A stretch of DNA of 64,000 nucleotides, from assembly GCA_977862235.1 (NCBI GenBank), contig OZ374559.1, positions 1,798,001 to 1,862,000 on the forward strand, given 5' to 3'. The notes below the pieces were generated by a model. The model made no database searches, was not told where the DNA came from, and saw only the letters and a program-made list of their open reading frames with translations. Within the stretch, counting starts at the first letter, position 1. Every line of letters begins with the position of its first letter. The translations under genes were made by a program, and so were the position numbers. Shown here in pieces: positions 33,617-46,635 of the stretch. This DNA is from Dudresnaya verticillata. Lineage: Eukaryota.

Positions 33617-35659
33617 TCACGTTCTTCGTTGCCGTAGTCGCACGGACCCGAGGTCCTCAGCAGCGTTGTTACCCACGCCCTCCAGCTCCGTTTTCATAAA
33701 CTGCGTTATTGTTTGCCGTCTCTGCAATGCCGATGACGCGTGCGTCTCGTTCTCCACTTGCTCGTCCACAGATTCTACTGCTTCCGCTTCCAGCTCCATC
33801 GCCTCACTGGAGTCCTTTGACTCCCGATGGTGCTTGTTCTTGACGTTCTCTATCGCCTCCACCGCAATCTCCTCCGGGATCAGGCTCGCGTTGAGCAGCA
33901 CGAATGCATACTTCTTAAGAATCCCCGCCGTGCGCACCAGCACAAACACCAACGCCACAAGCGACAGCACCAGCGCCGCAATGTTCACGTGGATCACGGG
34001 ATTCCCCTCGAAAAGCAGCAGACAAACCCCAGCCAGAGACGACGACACCAGCACGGTAGAGAAGAACAGCGTGAACTCAATGCACCAGAAGAAGAAGTTG
34101 TGCGACCCGAACCAGAACAGCTTTTCCGCGGGGCTTGCCACCCGGTTCAATCGCGGGATCACCTTGCGCACAATCCACGGGTAAGTGCGCGCCTGCTCCT
34201 TCTTGGCCGTCTCGCGGTCCTCGAGGTGCTTCTGCATCGTCGCGCTAGTCACGGCGAGCGACTTGTGCCGCATGAACTCCCCGAGCCCCCCGTCGGGCTG
34301 GTCGCGCAGCGATGGCTGCGACGACGACGTCCCCGACTGGCCTGGCGGCGGCGCGCCGAAGCCGCGCTCGATGTCGAGCTCCGGGACGTCGTCGACGGAG
34401 GCGTCCGGCGCGTGCACGGCGGCGGGGCCGGCGATTCGGACTGTGCGCGACGGGGTGCGCGGCTTGGCCTTCTCCAGCGTGTCGAAGGCGTCGGAATTGG
34501 CGACGTGCGAGCCAGTGCGGTCGCGGTCGCGGTCGCGGTCGCCGGACGACGAGCTGGGGCGGGACGAGTGGTTTAGGATAGGGGAGGCGGCATCCGGGTT
34601 TTGCAGGCGCAGCGGAGTGGTCGGGAGGGCCTGCTTGGGGGCAGGGAGCTGCGAGGACTGGCGCTGCGAGGGGGTTGCGGAGGGGTCGGCGGGGTACGAG
34701 GATGGGTTGTCCGTGGAGTCGTCGTCGTCGGCGGCGGCGGCAGTGGTGGTTGCGAGGTCGACGTCTTGGTAGTATAGACGCGGGTTTTTCGTGAGGATCC
34801 AATAGATATTACGAATCTTGAGGGCGAGGACCTGGACGAAAAGCATGAGGAACAGGGCGGCAGCCATGATGAAGGCGACCTCGACGATATCTGTCTCAAA
34901 GCTGTCCTTGGAGTCGTCGGACTCGGTGGCACGGACCACGAGGAGCTTGTTGGAGATCTCTGCGAGGCCGAAGGCGTAGCGACGGGCAAGGTCGACGAGG
35001 AGGCCCAGGAGGAAGAGTGCGTAGAGGGACCAATGGGACTCGACGAGGCGGATGAAGACGTGCGACTTGACCTTGCGCAGGAAGGAGGAGAAGCGGAAGG
35101 TGTCGGGGAGGCGGCGGTAGAAGATGAACTGGAAGCGAATGTCGTGGAAGGCGATGAGCTCGTGCAGGTAGCGGTGGCGCAGCAGGGTGCGTACGTCTGG
35201 CCACCACCAGCGCAGCGTGCGCCACACCGGCGAGCGGTGGGCGTGCATGCGCAGGCGCAGATCCTTGTAGGCGTCCTTCTCGGCGACGTACGACGTGAGC
35301 GAGATGGACTCCATGCGCTTCCAGCGCGCGGACAGGCGCAGCGACGTGTAGAGCGAGAACAGCACGACGAGCGTGTAGAAGATTGCGAGCAGGAAGATGA
35401 ACACGTGCGCAAACTCGAACGAGAGGATGACCGAGCCCTTCGGGTTGGCGACCTGCTGGTACATGATGAAGATGAACGATATCAGACCCAGCACCATGAG
35501 CTCGCGGTACACGATCTTCAAGGCCGGCTGCAGGTGGGCGTGGCGCGTGGTTATCCACCGCTCGACGTGGTGCAGCACCGCCTCGAACACCAGCGAGAAC
35601 ACCAGCAGCACGACGACCAGCCACTCGGACAGCGTGGTGGACACGGTGCCGCTGGCCAT
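33617..35659 (-). CDS. MLO-family membrane protein, paralogue 1
   Basis: RELMVLGLISF, HVFIFLLA, FRFSSFL, LFWFG motifs and multiple hydrophobic segments. Likely start MASGTV at 35659, judged by comparison with paralogue 2. Confidence 0.85.
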   Translation of the reverse strand: MASGTVSTTLSEWLVVVLLVFSLVFEAVLHHVERWITTRHAHLQPALKIVYRELMVLGLISFIFIMYQQVANPKGSVILSFEFAHVFIFLLAIFYTLVVLFSLYTSLRLSARWKRMESISLTSYVAEKDAYKDLRLRMHAHRSPVWRTLRWWWPDVRTLLRHRYLHELIAFHDIRFQFIFYRRLPDTFRFSSFLRKVKSHVFIRLVESHWSLYALFLLGLLVDLARRYAFGLAEISNKLLVVRATESDDSKDSFETDIVEVAFIMAAALFLMLFVQVLALKIRNIYWILTKNPRLYYQDVDLATTTAAAADDDDSTDNPSSYPADPSATPSQRQSSQLPAPKQALPTTPLRLQNPDAASPILNHSSRPSSSSGDRDRDRDRTGSHVANSDAFDTLEKAKPRTPSRTVRIAGPAAVHAPDASVDDVPELDIERGFGAPPPGQSGTSSSQPSLRDQPDGGLGEFMRHKSLAVTSATMQKHLEDRETAKKEQARTYPWIVRKVIPRLNRVASPAEKLFWFGSHNFFFWCIEFTLFFSTVLVSSSLAGVCLLLFEGNPVIHVNIAALVLSLVALVFVLVRTAGILKKYAFVLLNASLIPEEIAVEAIENVKNKHHRESKDSSEAMELEAEAVESVDEQVENETHASSALQRRQTITQFMKTELEGVGNNAAEDLGSVRLRQRRT

Positions 35660-35721
35660 AGCGCCGGGCGGGCGCGCGCGCTGGTGGGGTGCGGGCGTTG
35701 CGAGCGCGTGCGCGGGGGAGA

Positions 35722-35722
<1 letters not shown>

Positions 35723-35754
<32 letters not shown>
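35723..35754. repeat. (CGG)n microsatellite upstream of the MLO1 start
   Basis: About 10 uninterrupted units. Confidence 0.85.
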
Positions 35755-35755
<1 letters not shown>

Positions 35756-36610
35756 AGACGGCAGCGGCGGGTGTCGGCGAGGCGCGCGGACGGGGCGGGC
35801 GCGGCGCGCCAAGGCCCGCGCGCAGCGGAGCACAAGGCGCGAAGCAGCGCTGCGGCGCGCCTCGACTTTCAGCGTGTGCGCGGGCCAATGGGTGCGGCGG
35901 CGGCGCGCGGCGGGTGCCGGTCGGCGCCGCGCGCGCGACTCGCGCTTTGTTTGTGGCTGCGGCACGCGCGCCCCTCGCCGCTGCGTTCCTTCGGCCGTTC
36001 CACCCGCCGCCGCCACCCGCTGAAGGCTGCGCCGCGCCGCGCCGGGCAACTGCGCAAACCGCCTCCGTCGCGCGCAGGACGGACGCAAGCAGCGCGGAGA
36101 GCGGACGGCGGGCCGCGACGGCGGCGCGACGGCCGCGCGCATACGCACAGCCGCCGCCAAGCGGCGCGCGCTGCCGGCGTGGACCGACGCTCCGCCGCGA
36201 CAGCGCCGGGCGTTTTCTTGCGGGCCACTGCGCGCGTCGCTCTCGCGGCGTGGCGGCCGCGCTGCCGAGAAAAGAAGGCGCCAGTGCTTGCAGCCTTTTC
36301 GGGCTCGCGGCGGAAACACGCGCGTGCGTGTCCGGCGTGCCGCGCTTTCGACGCCACCCTCGCACGAGCCGTCCGTCGCCACTGCGTTGCTCCCGCCAGC
36401 CGCCCTTCTGCATGGACCGAGATGGCGACCTTAGCGCCTGCAACTGCTCCCGTCCGCCGCACCTGTCTGGACCACAGCGGAGCGCGGTGTAGCGATCCGA
36501 TCCTGCGGGCGTCTTGTCGCTCCTTTATTGGCGGCGTGGTATGAAGGGCTTTGCGTTGTGATCATTTACCACTTTGGACATGTACCGCTACAACGTGTTG
36601 AACAGCAGCC

Positions 36611-36683
36611 GCCGACTTAGCTCAGTTGGGAGAGCGCAAGACTGAAGTTCTTGAGGTCCCCAGTTCGATCCTGGGGGTCGGCA
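36611..36683 (+). tRNA. tRNA-Phe (GAA)
   Basis: Acceptor GCCGACT/GGTCGGC+A; D-arm GCTC..GAGC; anticodon arm CAAGA-CTGAAGT-TCTTG; T-loop GTTCGATC; no encoded CCA; T5 Pol III terminator at 36688-36692. Confidence 0.97.
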
Positions 36684-37334
36684 TCTCTTTTTGCATTTCT
36701 TGGGCCTTTAGTGAAAATGATGATCAATGTCCAAGCAGCCCGCTTGAACATCTATGCAGCTGTATGCGTGCCATCCGCCATGTCCAGCTGCCACCTCTGT
36801 ACCAAGATCAATTAACGCTTGTGTCGATTAGTAGATACCGTTATCGAGCTGAGCACAAAACACTTCATCCCATTCATGGAACGAGCTGCTAGAATACACA
36901 ACTGGAACCATCTTACATTCCCACCATCCGCATGTCACCTTGGCCCCGCGCCTCCGTCTTCCCTGATTCTTCCACGAAGACACCTCTTCCATATCAATCG
37001 GATGTCTCTAGCATTCCAGCAGCAATGTCACCTCCAGTTGGCTTTTCGCTTTATGTTCGAACAATGCGCGCTTCCAACTTCGGATGCAACCCTCGTGTTA
37101 CACGGGGTGACTTCAGATTGAGCAGTCAAGGCATTCGACAGTACGTGCCGGGCCAGCGCGACGTTATATATGTGAACACCGCCTTACTTTGTTGTGCTGA
37201 ATAGATTGATGAACTACTCACGGCTACTAAAGCCCTGAAAAGGAACACTTTTCTTCCCTTTGGTTTCGTTCTACTTCTTCTCGCATTCCTTTTTCAGTGA
37301 AGAAAAGCATCCTCCCGTCTCATTACTCTGCAAA

Positions 37335-40300
37335 ATGCATATTTCGGTAAGAGTTGACGTCGTATCTACTCCAATTGTTCTGCAAGTTTGTAATGATGCC
37401 ACCGTTGGAGATATCAAAACCAGCATCTCCCTCAAGCAGCAGAATGACACTCTGAAAGAATATTTTCTAATTTGGGGTGGTGCCGTTCTCGTGAACGAGA
37501 ACGAAAGTATTCGCCTTTTTGGTATCAACGATCAGGATGAGCTCTGGCTCCTGGCGCCGTCTCGGTCCTTCCAGAAAGATGCTTTCAGCTCCCTTAAAAA
37601 AATAGTCGACTTGGAGATTCATTCCGACCCAGACGACGATCAGACAGAAGGGGACCGTTTGAATATTCTAAAGGACTTCCTAAACTCTACTAAGAAACCT
37701 GACGCGGTTGATTATTGGAAACCGTTGGATTCGGAGATCAGTTCCTTGGAATGGTGTTTGAGAGTCATGTCGACAAAGAGTCCCTCTGGGAACAAACCAT
37801 TCATGCGCTGGTTTGGAGAATATGGATGCGTTCTTCTCGTGAATGTGGTCCCTGTGGATAATGTAGTCCTCAAGCTTATTTGCCTCGACCATTGGTTATT
37901 TAGCATTCACAGTGGCCCTAACCATCGTTCTCATAAGGGAACTGCAATGCCTCACAAAGCGGTACAGCTTCAATGTGGCGCAATTGATAGGAGCAACTTA
38001 TCTATGTTCCTTCAGCACGTGACAGAAAAGCTTGCAAAAGCACAGGAGAGGACAGGGGAGAAGAGAACGGCAGCTACTGGTAAGCAAGGGAATCAGAAAA
38101 CGCCCGCACTGATTAAGGCAATTGTTTCGGATGCCATTGTCAAATTGGCTCCATACATGTCCTCTGGATCTGTTCCGGAAGGAGGATTCACTGATGTGGG
38201 ACTACACACTGGTGGTAAGAAAAGAAGTACGAGTTGGGCTCTACACTGTGCTTCTCTACAGACATTGCTGGAAGGGCGCAACCTCCACATGCTGTATCGC
38301 CACTTTGTAGCGGAGTTATATCTCCGCATGGCGGAAAGCGCTGTGTGCCAAATCAAGGTAGTGCTCCATATGAAAAGATCTGTGTTTACTGGTCATATAG
38401 ATGCCGCGATGCAATGTATGGAACTAGCAATAGAAGAGGTTTCAAGGATTGTTGAAGTTGAAGACCCCTGCGAATTTCTTCCTTCATTCGAGGCTAGATG
38501 CGTTAAAGTCCGCTTCGAAATTGAGCAAGTGGTAGCACAAAGGGCTAACAATATTGCAAAGTCATTGAAAGTTGGACCAGTCCACAAGGAAAAGCTAGGT
38601 ATTCAAGACATCCACCTCGTTCTTCCTCAAGCTCCGACCAAACGCCCCTTATCTAACCAACGCAGTGCTGTTCAGGCTCATGCAGAAGAGAACCTGGGGT
38701 CATTGCCCATGCTACAAGAAGATTCTAGTTGGGGAGCGTTACTCAAATGGATTCGTCTTGATGTGTTGAAGAGTCCTTCAACAAACTCTATTGTCAATGC
38801 AAACCTTTTGGTGTGTTCTACTGTTGAACAGTGCTTTTTCATAAAAGTCTTAAACAGCTTTGATGGACCTCATTCAGAAGAGCTGTCCGTGGTTGACCAG
38901 ATTGTTACTACCTATCGAAAAGCTATGTCTGTGCTACAGAAGCAGTTACAGAAAGCAGAAGCCCTCATGATAGTGGAGCTACTCAGCAGAGAGCTTCTTG
39001 TCGTGTGGTCCGCCTTTTGTCTCGTGCATAACACTGTGCTCAAGAACAATTCACTATTAGAGAGCTATTCCGTTCCCCTGTTTGCAAAAGACTTATGCCA
39101 TCTTGTTCTTTCAGACAAGATTGCAACCGATGTTGTTCTTGCCATATCCAAGTATCTAGCCTCGGATGACAAGAAGCCCTTTGTTTTCTCCCTATGTGAG
39201 AAAGACGAAACTATGGCGTTTGCTAGGGATTACGCACACAGTTCACAAGCCATGGTAAGCGCATGGAATCGGGAACAGAATGCAGCAGAGAACAGAAAGG
39301 AAAAACGTTGGCAAACGGTTTGTCAGAAGCAGAGCAAACTTGAAGTTCTTGATGCAGAGCTAGAACAACTGCAAGAGGAAAAGCGAGAATTGGAGTCCAA
39401 ATTACATTCCATTGTGTGGCCCGATGTTGGCGTTCGATATCGTCATTTCGAACACCTAAGAAAGGAAGCACATCGCAAAGTCCAGAGGCAAGAGGAAACA
39501 ATTTCACGAAAGGAGAATGAAATCGAAGAAACTGAGAAATCACCAACGCCGATCCTGCAGCCGCTCCCCGCTGACACGAAAACTGCAATGGTCGTTCTTT
39601 TCTTTCTGTTAATGCCTGAAGATATGCAGATATTGTCAAAACTGAGTTTCTTATCGCAGCAAATGCTTTTACCCACTGTTGAAAAAGTTACAATGACTGG
39701 AATAGCACAGTCACTCACAAGGGAGCAGAACGTTGTGGACGCGATACGAGTGAAGGACCCCAACACAACTTGGAGAACATACTATTGTGAACATGACGGC
39801 CTTTTACTCCCAGAAGAACCATTTCTCGTTCTGGGTTCCAAGAAACAGGCTCTCACTGGAAACTGGTACTCCAAAAATGTGCGACGCTGTTCACACGAGA
39901 ATAACGGCATCTGGTATCCGGACTCTCTATCGCCACAGTTGTACTGGTTTGGAACAGGAGATAACCAGGATAACGCTTGCTTCAGTGAGCGATCTGCATT
40001 CGATCCTTGGGCAACTCTAATGTCTTTTGTGTTTGTGGATAAGTTCACAGAAAAACTACGAAAGGAAGATTCAGTACTGCAGTGGGCTATGGAGCAACAT
40101 GGGACAGCTGCCAAGCTCATTAGAGAGAATTATGCAGAGGCTGCTCAGGATCAAATACCCAGTTGGCTTTCTCGCAAACAGGAGTTCTTCGCATTTGCCA
40201 AAATGAGGGCGTTTCCATGTCAGCAGATTAGAAAGGTTTGTGCGGCCCTTAAAGAGAGATACCTTCCACTCTCAAACAAGTCCGTTCGGTTGCTCTTAAA

Positions 40301-43300
40301 GCAAACCTTGTACCACATCGGAGAAATTTCTGTTGATCAGCGTCACCCTCATCAGCAGATTGCTGAAATTTTGGATTGGAGGACAGATTTATTCCAGCAT
40401 GAGGGATGGAGTGTCCTACAGGAAATTCTCGAAGACTTGGAACAAGAGTTTAGGTTCAAGATTCGCGAATCTGGTGCAATGCTATTTATTGGAGAGATAT
40501 CTGCCTTTGCTTCGCAGTGGAACGCTGGATCACGCAATACTGCAAGGAGGATTGCTTCGGTAACTAAATCTTGGGCTGACAAGCTTGCCGCAGAGGAACA
40601 AGATTCATCAACTTCAATCACAGCTGAAATCCGGTCTAGAAGGTCAATACTATATATGTACGGTATTCTTTGCCATTCGTTCGGAGACCTCTGTAACGAA
40701 GACGTGAAAGAATTATGCCAGTTGCTTGTCCTCGCAGACTATAACCGATTATTCGAGGACCCTTCGACGTATGATGCTGAAGTTGTATCCCTATCAATCT
40801 TGACGGCTTCCGTGTTAGCAACAAGACTTCCCGAAATTTTTAGCGTTGTCGATCACAACCCTGATATTCTCACACGTGCTGTTAAACTTGTGCTTGGCAA
40901 CACACCTCCTGCACTTCCATGGACGCCAGTATTGATTCGTGGTGTGAGGACGACTAGTTTTCAAGCAATGTCAAGGACTAATAATCTATTCAGCGTGAAC
41001 CTTTTAACTGGAATGGTACTTTTTGACGGTCTGCCACCGCGCAGGCTGCCTGAATCCATTCTGCGTAACCCATTGTACTTGCGGACATTCGCGAAGAGAA
41101 ATTTTGAGGTTGTAAGTACTCAGTCCGGAGCTTTCGAGACAATCAGGGAGATAGCAGGTTACAAGTATGAGTTTCAGGAAAATGGTGCGAGTCTGAGAAT
41201 ACAAGAGCATGACGTTACGGCCTCGGTGACACTAGAACTTTTAGATGGAACGAATCAAGGTGTCAAGGCATGGGGATCAGATCTTCCTGCTCGGTTGAGA
41301 AACATGCATAGTCACTGGCTCTGTCGGGAAAGGAAAACTATTGTCTTTCGCGGAATCCGGTTCAATCAAAGAAGGACCTCCTTTCTAATGCATCAGAAAA
41401 CGGTGGCAAACGAATGGAGCTGCTATCAGATACCAGTACACGAGAAGAACATTCACTGGACCGATCTTGATCGAAGTCATCAGCGCTTTCACAAATTGGT
41501 CAAAGTTCATAATATTTCAGAAAGCATTGCCTACAAAGCGGTTCTACAGTTTGAGAAAAATGAAGATCTAATCCACACAATGCTGACCCCAAGTAACGTT
41601 TTTGTACTTTCTATGCCCCGGTACGCCCTTGAGTTTGCCCTGAACGAACATGGATTTTTCGTATCGCAGAACTTTTCATCTTTTCACATGCACGATATAC
41701 AGCAACGAAATGACATTCTACTCGATTTCAAGCAATACCTTGTTATTTCTAAGGGAGAAGAGACCAAAATAATCGTCCCTGCTGGTCAGGTGGAAAGAGA
41801 TAGTGAGTCTGTGTTTATATCCGGACCAGAAAGTTGTGAAGTTAACAGACAATTTCATATCTTTCGTATCCACCCACGCTTTCACAATCTAGAGAGTGCT
41901 TCTGGTTCAAGGTCAATAGAAGCAAGGCTACAGCTTGCAGCATTATTCTGTGCTACCTCTTCTAAAGTTCCAGAATCTGGATTACTCAAAACTGGAGTGG
42001 AAGCTGCTTTGGTTTTATTGAGGCAGTGCTGGGTGAATAGACCAATGTCGAAGGAGGAACACGAACACCTTAAGTCAGTTTGCAGCTTCGGGCAATATGA
42101 GCCAGCAGTTCCTCTTCTCTGTTACGATCTCGACAGAGCTTCTAGACAGCTTCATTTTCTATACCCAAATACAATTCTCCATGGTAAGCTATCTCTTGAT
42201 CTTCCATCGGCAACAGAGTACCAGCAGAAAAAACAACTGTACCTGCTAAATGAGAGATCACTTCTTTCAAAAAGCGAAGAAGAGCGAATTCTAGGAGCAG
42301 AAGTAGGGCGACGGCCTAAAAGACTTCTCAATTCTATAGAAGTGTGTTTAGAACTCGAAAGATACTCCGAAGCCGAGGGCACCCTCAAGAATATTGAAAG
42401 AGACTTGATGGGTATGACATGTTTTGATACGCAGACGAAAGAAGTCAAATGTTCAAACACGAACATATCTGAATTCCCCTTAGAAAATATTCAGCTGGAA
42501 GATACGAAACTGGGTCATGCAATGATATCGGAGCTGCGAAAAAGCTGGGAAGCGTTCCAGGCACTACAAGGAATCGAGTTCACTGAAACGATAGAAGCCC
42601 TTCAGGATAAATTCTCAGATCTATTGGAAGGCTGCAAAAAGTCTCGAGGAGCTCTTGAAATCGCCTTGCGACGTTCGATACACATTATTCCCCCTAGTGC
42701 GGGAAAGGAAGCTTACCGACTGAAGTTGCGTAGAGCAGCGAACTTGGTTCCATTCGTCAGTGCATCAGATTTACTACAAAGTTCAGTTCATCCCGATCAA
42801 ATGCTGAAGTTCAACCCGTTTCTTTCCAAGGACCATCTTCACCGCCTTCAAAAGGCATTACTTGCATGGCTGCAACTTTGTGTGATGGAGGATAAGCTAC
42901 AGAGACTCCATTATCTTGCTATTGGGTCCAATGAGGAGGACCTCCTTCGAGAGCTTCAAGAAGTAGGTCGGGAGTGGAGTGCTACAGAACACCCAGAATG
43001 GCTCTGTTTTGAAGTTGAGCAACGTTTGCAGATCAGGCGTTTGCAGCGTACTGTCACAAGTTTCTGTATTAACAATCCTGGTGTTGTGACGCAACTCAAC
43101 ATGGGTGAGGTCAAGACGAGGGTGATTCTGCCCATGTTAGTGCTGCACATGTCAAAGTCAAGTGACATTGTACGAATTCATATCTTGTCTGCACTTCTTA
43201 GCGACGCATTTGAGTATCTTCACCATACAATGACTGCAAGTACTCATAACATACGAGTATGCCGTTTCCCTTTCCATCGGGATGTCAGACTTTCTGACAG

Positions 43301-46166
43301 AGAAGCAAGGGTGTTGCTCAATTGCTTCCGTGAGTGCAGACGCCTCAAAAGCCTTATCTGCATATCCCCTGAACATAGACTTTCGCTCCAGCTTAAGTTT
43401 CATGAGCTTTCACTTGCAATGGAAAAGCAAAGCGGGAATCCAACAATTGCAGCTAATATCGAAGAGGCAATTAATCTTCCATTCTTTGATATTCTTGACG
43501 AAAGTGATGAATTGCTTCATCACAGGTACCAACTAATATATGCTGTAGGCAGTTGTATGATGTTGCCAGCAGGAAAAGAAAGGTGGACGATGGTTCAAGC
43601 CGCTCTGAAAGCGGTGCAATCAAATCCCAAGGTACGAGACATTTTGTTGAATCTGACGAAGAGAACTGCTCGGACTCAACTCGGGGGTGGAGTCTTTGAT
43701 GACATCCGAATTCTGCCACACACAGTTGACGAAAAAAGCAGGAAGAGCCTGGTCCTGGAAATCGCTACTGCTATATTAGATCACCCACCGTACTACTTGA
43801 GACATCTTCAAAGCGATCCTCGAAAGAATGACTTTCTTAAGTTTGTGACCCAGCAAGAGATGGATATCCAACGAATGACCTTACGACTAGGTGCAGTCGA
43901 CAGAATGAAGATGGATTCATTACTTGCTCTACGAGGACTGCTGGCATATGGACTATTGGAAAACTGCCTTTCTCGCCGGTACCTTGTTGACTACGGTATT
44001 GACGAAAGAAGAGGTCAAAATAGGAAGGTAGCAGTGCCATACAGGGGAAGTGATACGCCTTCTGAGCGTGCAGAATATGCACATGCAGACACGTTAATCT
44101 TATTCACACAACTTTCCTATTATCATCGAGGTATTTCACGCGCAGAGCTCTTGCAGGCTATCAAAATCTTGCTCAAGCTTGGTCCTATAGCACAGAGAGA
44201 AGAGTACGTTCTGTGGTTTGAGTCTGCCAAAGTGGGACTGAGTGAGTTGCAGGTCATTGCCCTGGACACAGTCGACAAGCTAGACCCATCAAGCAAGATT
44301 CAACTCGACTTGCTGCACCAGGTTTACAAGTACAACATGGCGGCAATTGACTTTTGGCTCGCTTCTTGTGTATTGCCACGAGAGACGATGCAGTTTCCTG
44401 GACGCATAACATGTAATGCTTTCGATTTGGCCCAAAACAACAGAAAGGCAGTAATTGGCTTCTCTGGTACGAAAGAGAATAAGCTCTTACTGCCTCTTCA
44501 ACTAACGCAAAAACTTCCCGATATCCCTGAGGTCATAGCCACAGATGGGAAGATGATTGATCTAGTGCTCAAGAATGATGATGTGGTCATTTTAGACACT
44601 TCCAAGTCTCTACATGAGTCAGTTATAAATCTAGCCATGGATCGTGAAGCAAACGCCCTCATCGATTCTGGCGCAACGATGGCAGGGTTATCGAATGGTG
44701 AGGCTGCAAACCGAATGATATCAAGATTCAACACTACCGATAACCCGCAATATAGCAAAAGGCAAGGAGTTGTCTATTACGACAAGAAGGAAACCACATG
44801 GGTAGTCAAGAATTTAGCTGGGCAATGTTGGCCCCTCGGGGTTGCTCCTATCCATGAAAGCGAAGCTTTCGTATATTTTGATGAAAGCCGATGTCGTGGG
44901 GCGGACATGAAGCTTCTATCAGATGCAAAAGCTCTTTTGACAGTCGGACCATCCATGTGCAAGGACAAACTTATGCAAGCTGCTTGACGGATGCGAAAGT
45001 TGGATAGAGGACAAACTCTAATATTTGCAGTTCCCGAAGAGCTTGTACCGAAGATTGTGAACAAGATTCGGGCGAAAAATCAAGGCTGTATCCTAACTTC
45101 CAAACTCCTATTGGGCTGGGTTATCAAAAACACAATAGAAGCTGTAGCCGAGGGACTACCCGAATGGGCTAAACAAGGAAGTCTATTCTGCACGACTCGA
45201 GACCAACGAGCAATGTTGACTGACGAGGTGGTTTCCGTTGAAGATTTATACGGTCGAAGAATTGACGAGGAGAGCATCTATAAAAGCACAGCAAAGATGC
45301 AATGCGCTTTCAAGAAAAGGATAGCCAACAGGGGTATTGAAATAGGAGTCGAATCGAAAGAGCTCATGTCGCGCATCATGAGGCATTCGGAACAATATGG
45401 TTGCGACCGTTTCGTGTTGTCAGCTGGCTTGGAAGAGGAATGCGAAAGGGAAATTGAGAATGAAAGGGAACTGGAGAAGGAGGTAGAGAGGCAAATACCC
45501 CAACAGCACCCGAGGACACCTACTTCTTGGGAAATTTCAGAACTTTTGTCGGCGCGTTCTCCAAGAGATCTTTCTTCCGATGCTGGAGTGATGACTCTTG
45601 ATGAGGCTATGCAGAATCGTTTTCCGTGCTCTAAACTCGGGACGATACGATGGAAGGATTGCTCAATATATGTCACAAAAAACTTCTTGGAAACCGTGTG
45701 TGATGCAGCACAATCTCCACTTTCTGACTTGGGCGATTTCATGCGACCTGTGGACGTGGTAATTGTATTCGATGACGCCCCTTCGTGCCTACTGCTTTCT
45801 GAGTGGGAGGCCGATCAAGCTGTGAAGTTGTTTTGGAGTTCAAAGCCCAAGGCATGCCGTCTGGTCAACCTAGCTTTCTGGACGGAGTCGTGCAAACCAG
45901 GAGTAACACAGAAATGTGTGCTGGAACTTGGGGGCGGCAACGCAAGGAGCGACCAAAGAGCACTCGTCAAGCTTCTCGCTGGATTGCAGCTATACGCGGG
46001 GCAAACCGTTTTCAAACCCGAAACGCGTAGGGCTGCTCTTGAGGATATGCTTCCTTCCGGAGAAGCGAAACAAATTGCGTTGAGGCTCGTTTCTCTACGT
46101 GGGTTGCGCCATCTGATCTCGCAAAGCGACTTAGAAGACGTTTGTATGGAAGATTCAAGCTCTTAG
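37335..46166 (+). pseudogene. Giant ubiquitin-like + DUF3638 + DUF3645 SF2-helicase-like gene with one in-frame TGA (44985-44987)
   Basis: N-terminal Ub-like domain (TVGDIK...LIWGGAVL...I..FGI.D.D.L); QLNMGEVKT, ILDESDE, VAVPYRGSDTPSERAEYAHAD, IGFSGT, LIDSGA, FDESRCRGAD, KLMQAA*RMRKL. ORFs 37260-44987 and 44991-46166 are in the same frame. Confidence 0.8.
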
Positions 46167-46288
46167 AAGGTGTACGGGAACACTTCAACTTGTTGCGTTG
46201 CTTGCCTGGGCTAGTCCCAGTAAGCAGTCCAAGCTTGCTCATTATTCTATCTTCTACCCTGCTGATATTCTCGATAATCTGTTGCCTT

Positions 46289-46360
46289 TACAATTAGAAC
46301 TACACCAATCCCGACAATTAGACATGCGCCAGTGTCTACAATTAGAAATGCGCCATTGTT
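46289..46360. repeat. Degenerate 24-bp tandem repeat x3 (core ACAATTAGA.ATGCGCCA)
   Basis: Units start at 46289, 46313 and 46337. Confidence 0.75.
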
Positions 46361-46602
46361 AAAATTGTGTTTCCAGTTGGTATGTTGCAGTCAGACTTCA
46401 ACACAAACAGTGCCAAGTAACTGTGATGTTGTTCTTTAATTGTTGTTTATAGTGGTCCTACGCGGGCAGCTTAGGCCCATGTGCAGGCGCACTTGAGGGT
46501 CCGCAAAAAAAGGGGCTCGTGGACTTACATGTATATATGTCTTGTTGCGTGCTATGGGACTATGGGCTATCTTTCACGAGGGCACAGTATGGTGGTGGGG
46601 GA

Positions 46603-46603
<1 letters not shown>

Positions 46604-46634
<31 letters not shown>
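46604..46634 (+). repeat. G31 homopolymer
   Basis: Directly visible. Confidence 0.95.

Positions 46635-46635
<1 letters not shown>

Noticed and set aside
34185..36544. Many long overlapping Arg/Ala/Pro-rich ORFs and the upstream extension of MLO1
   Set aside because: Shadow frames of GC-rich DNA; the paralogue comparison supports a start at 35659.
44985..44987. TGA as selenocysteine
   Set aside because: Not a redox Cys position and no SECIS element recognised.
46289..46360. CRISPR-like array
   Set aside because: Contiguous degenerate 24-bp units with no spacers, no cas genes, eukaryotic context.
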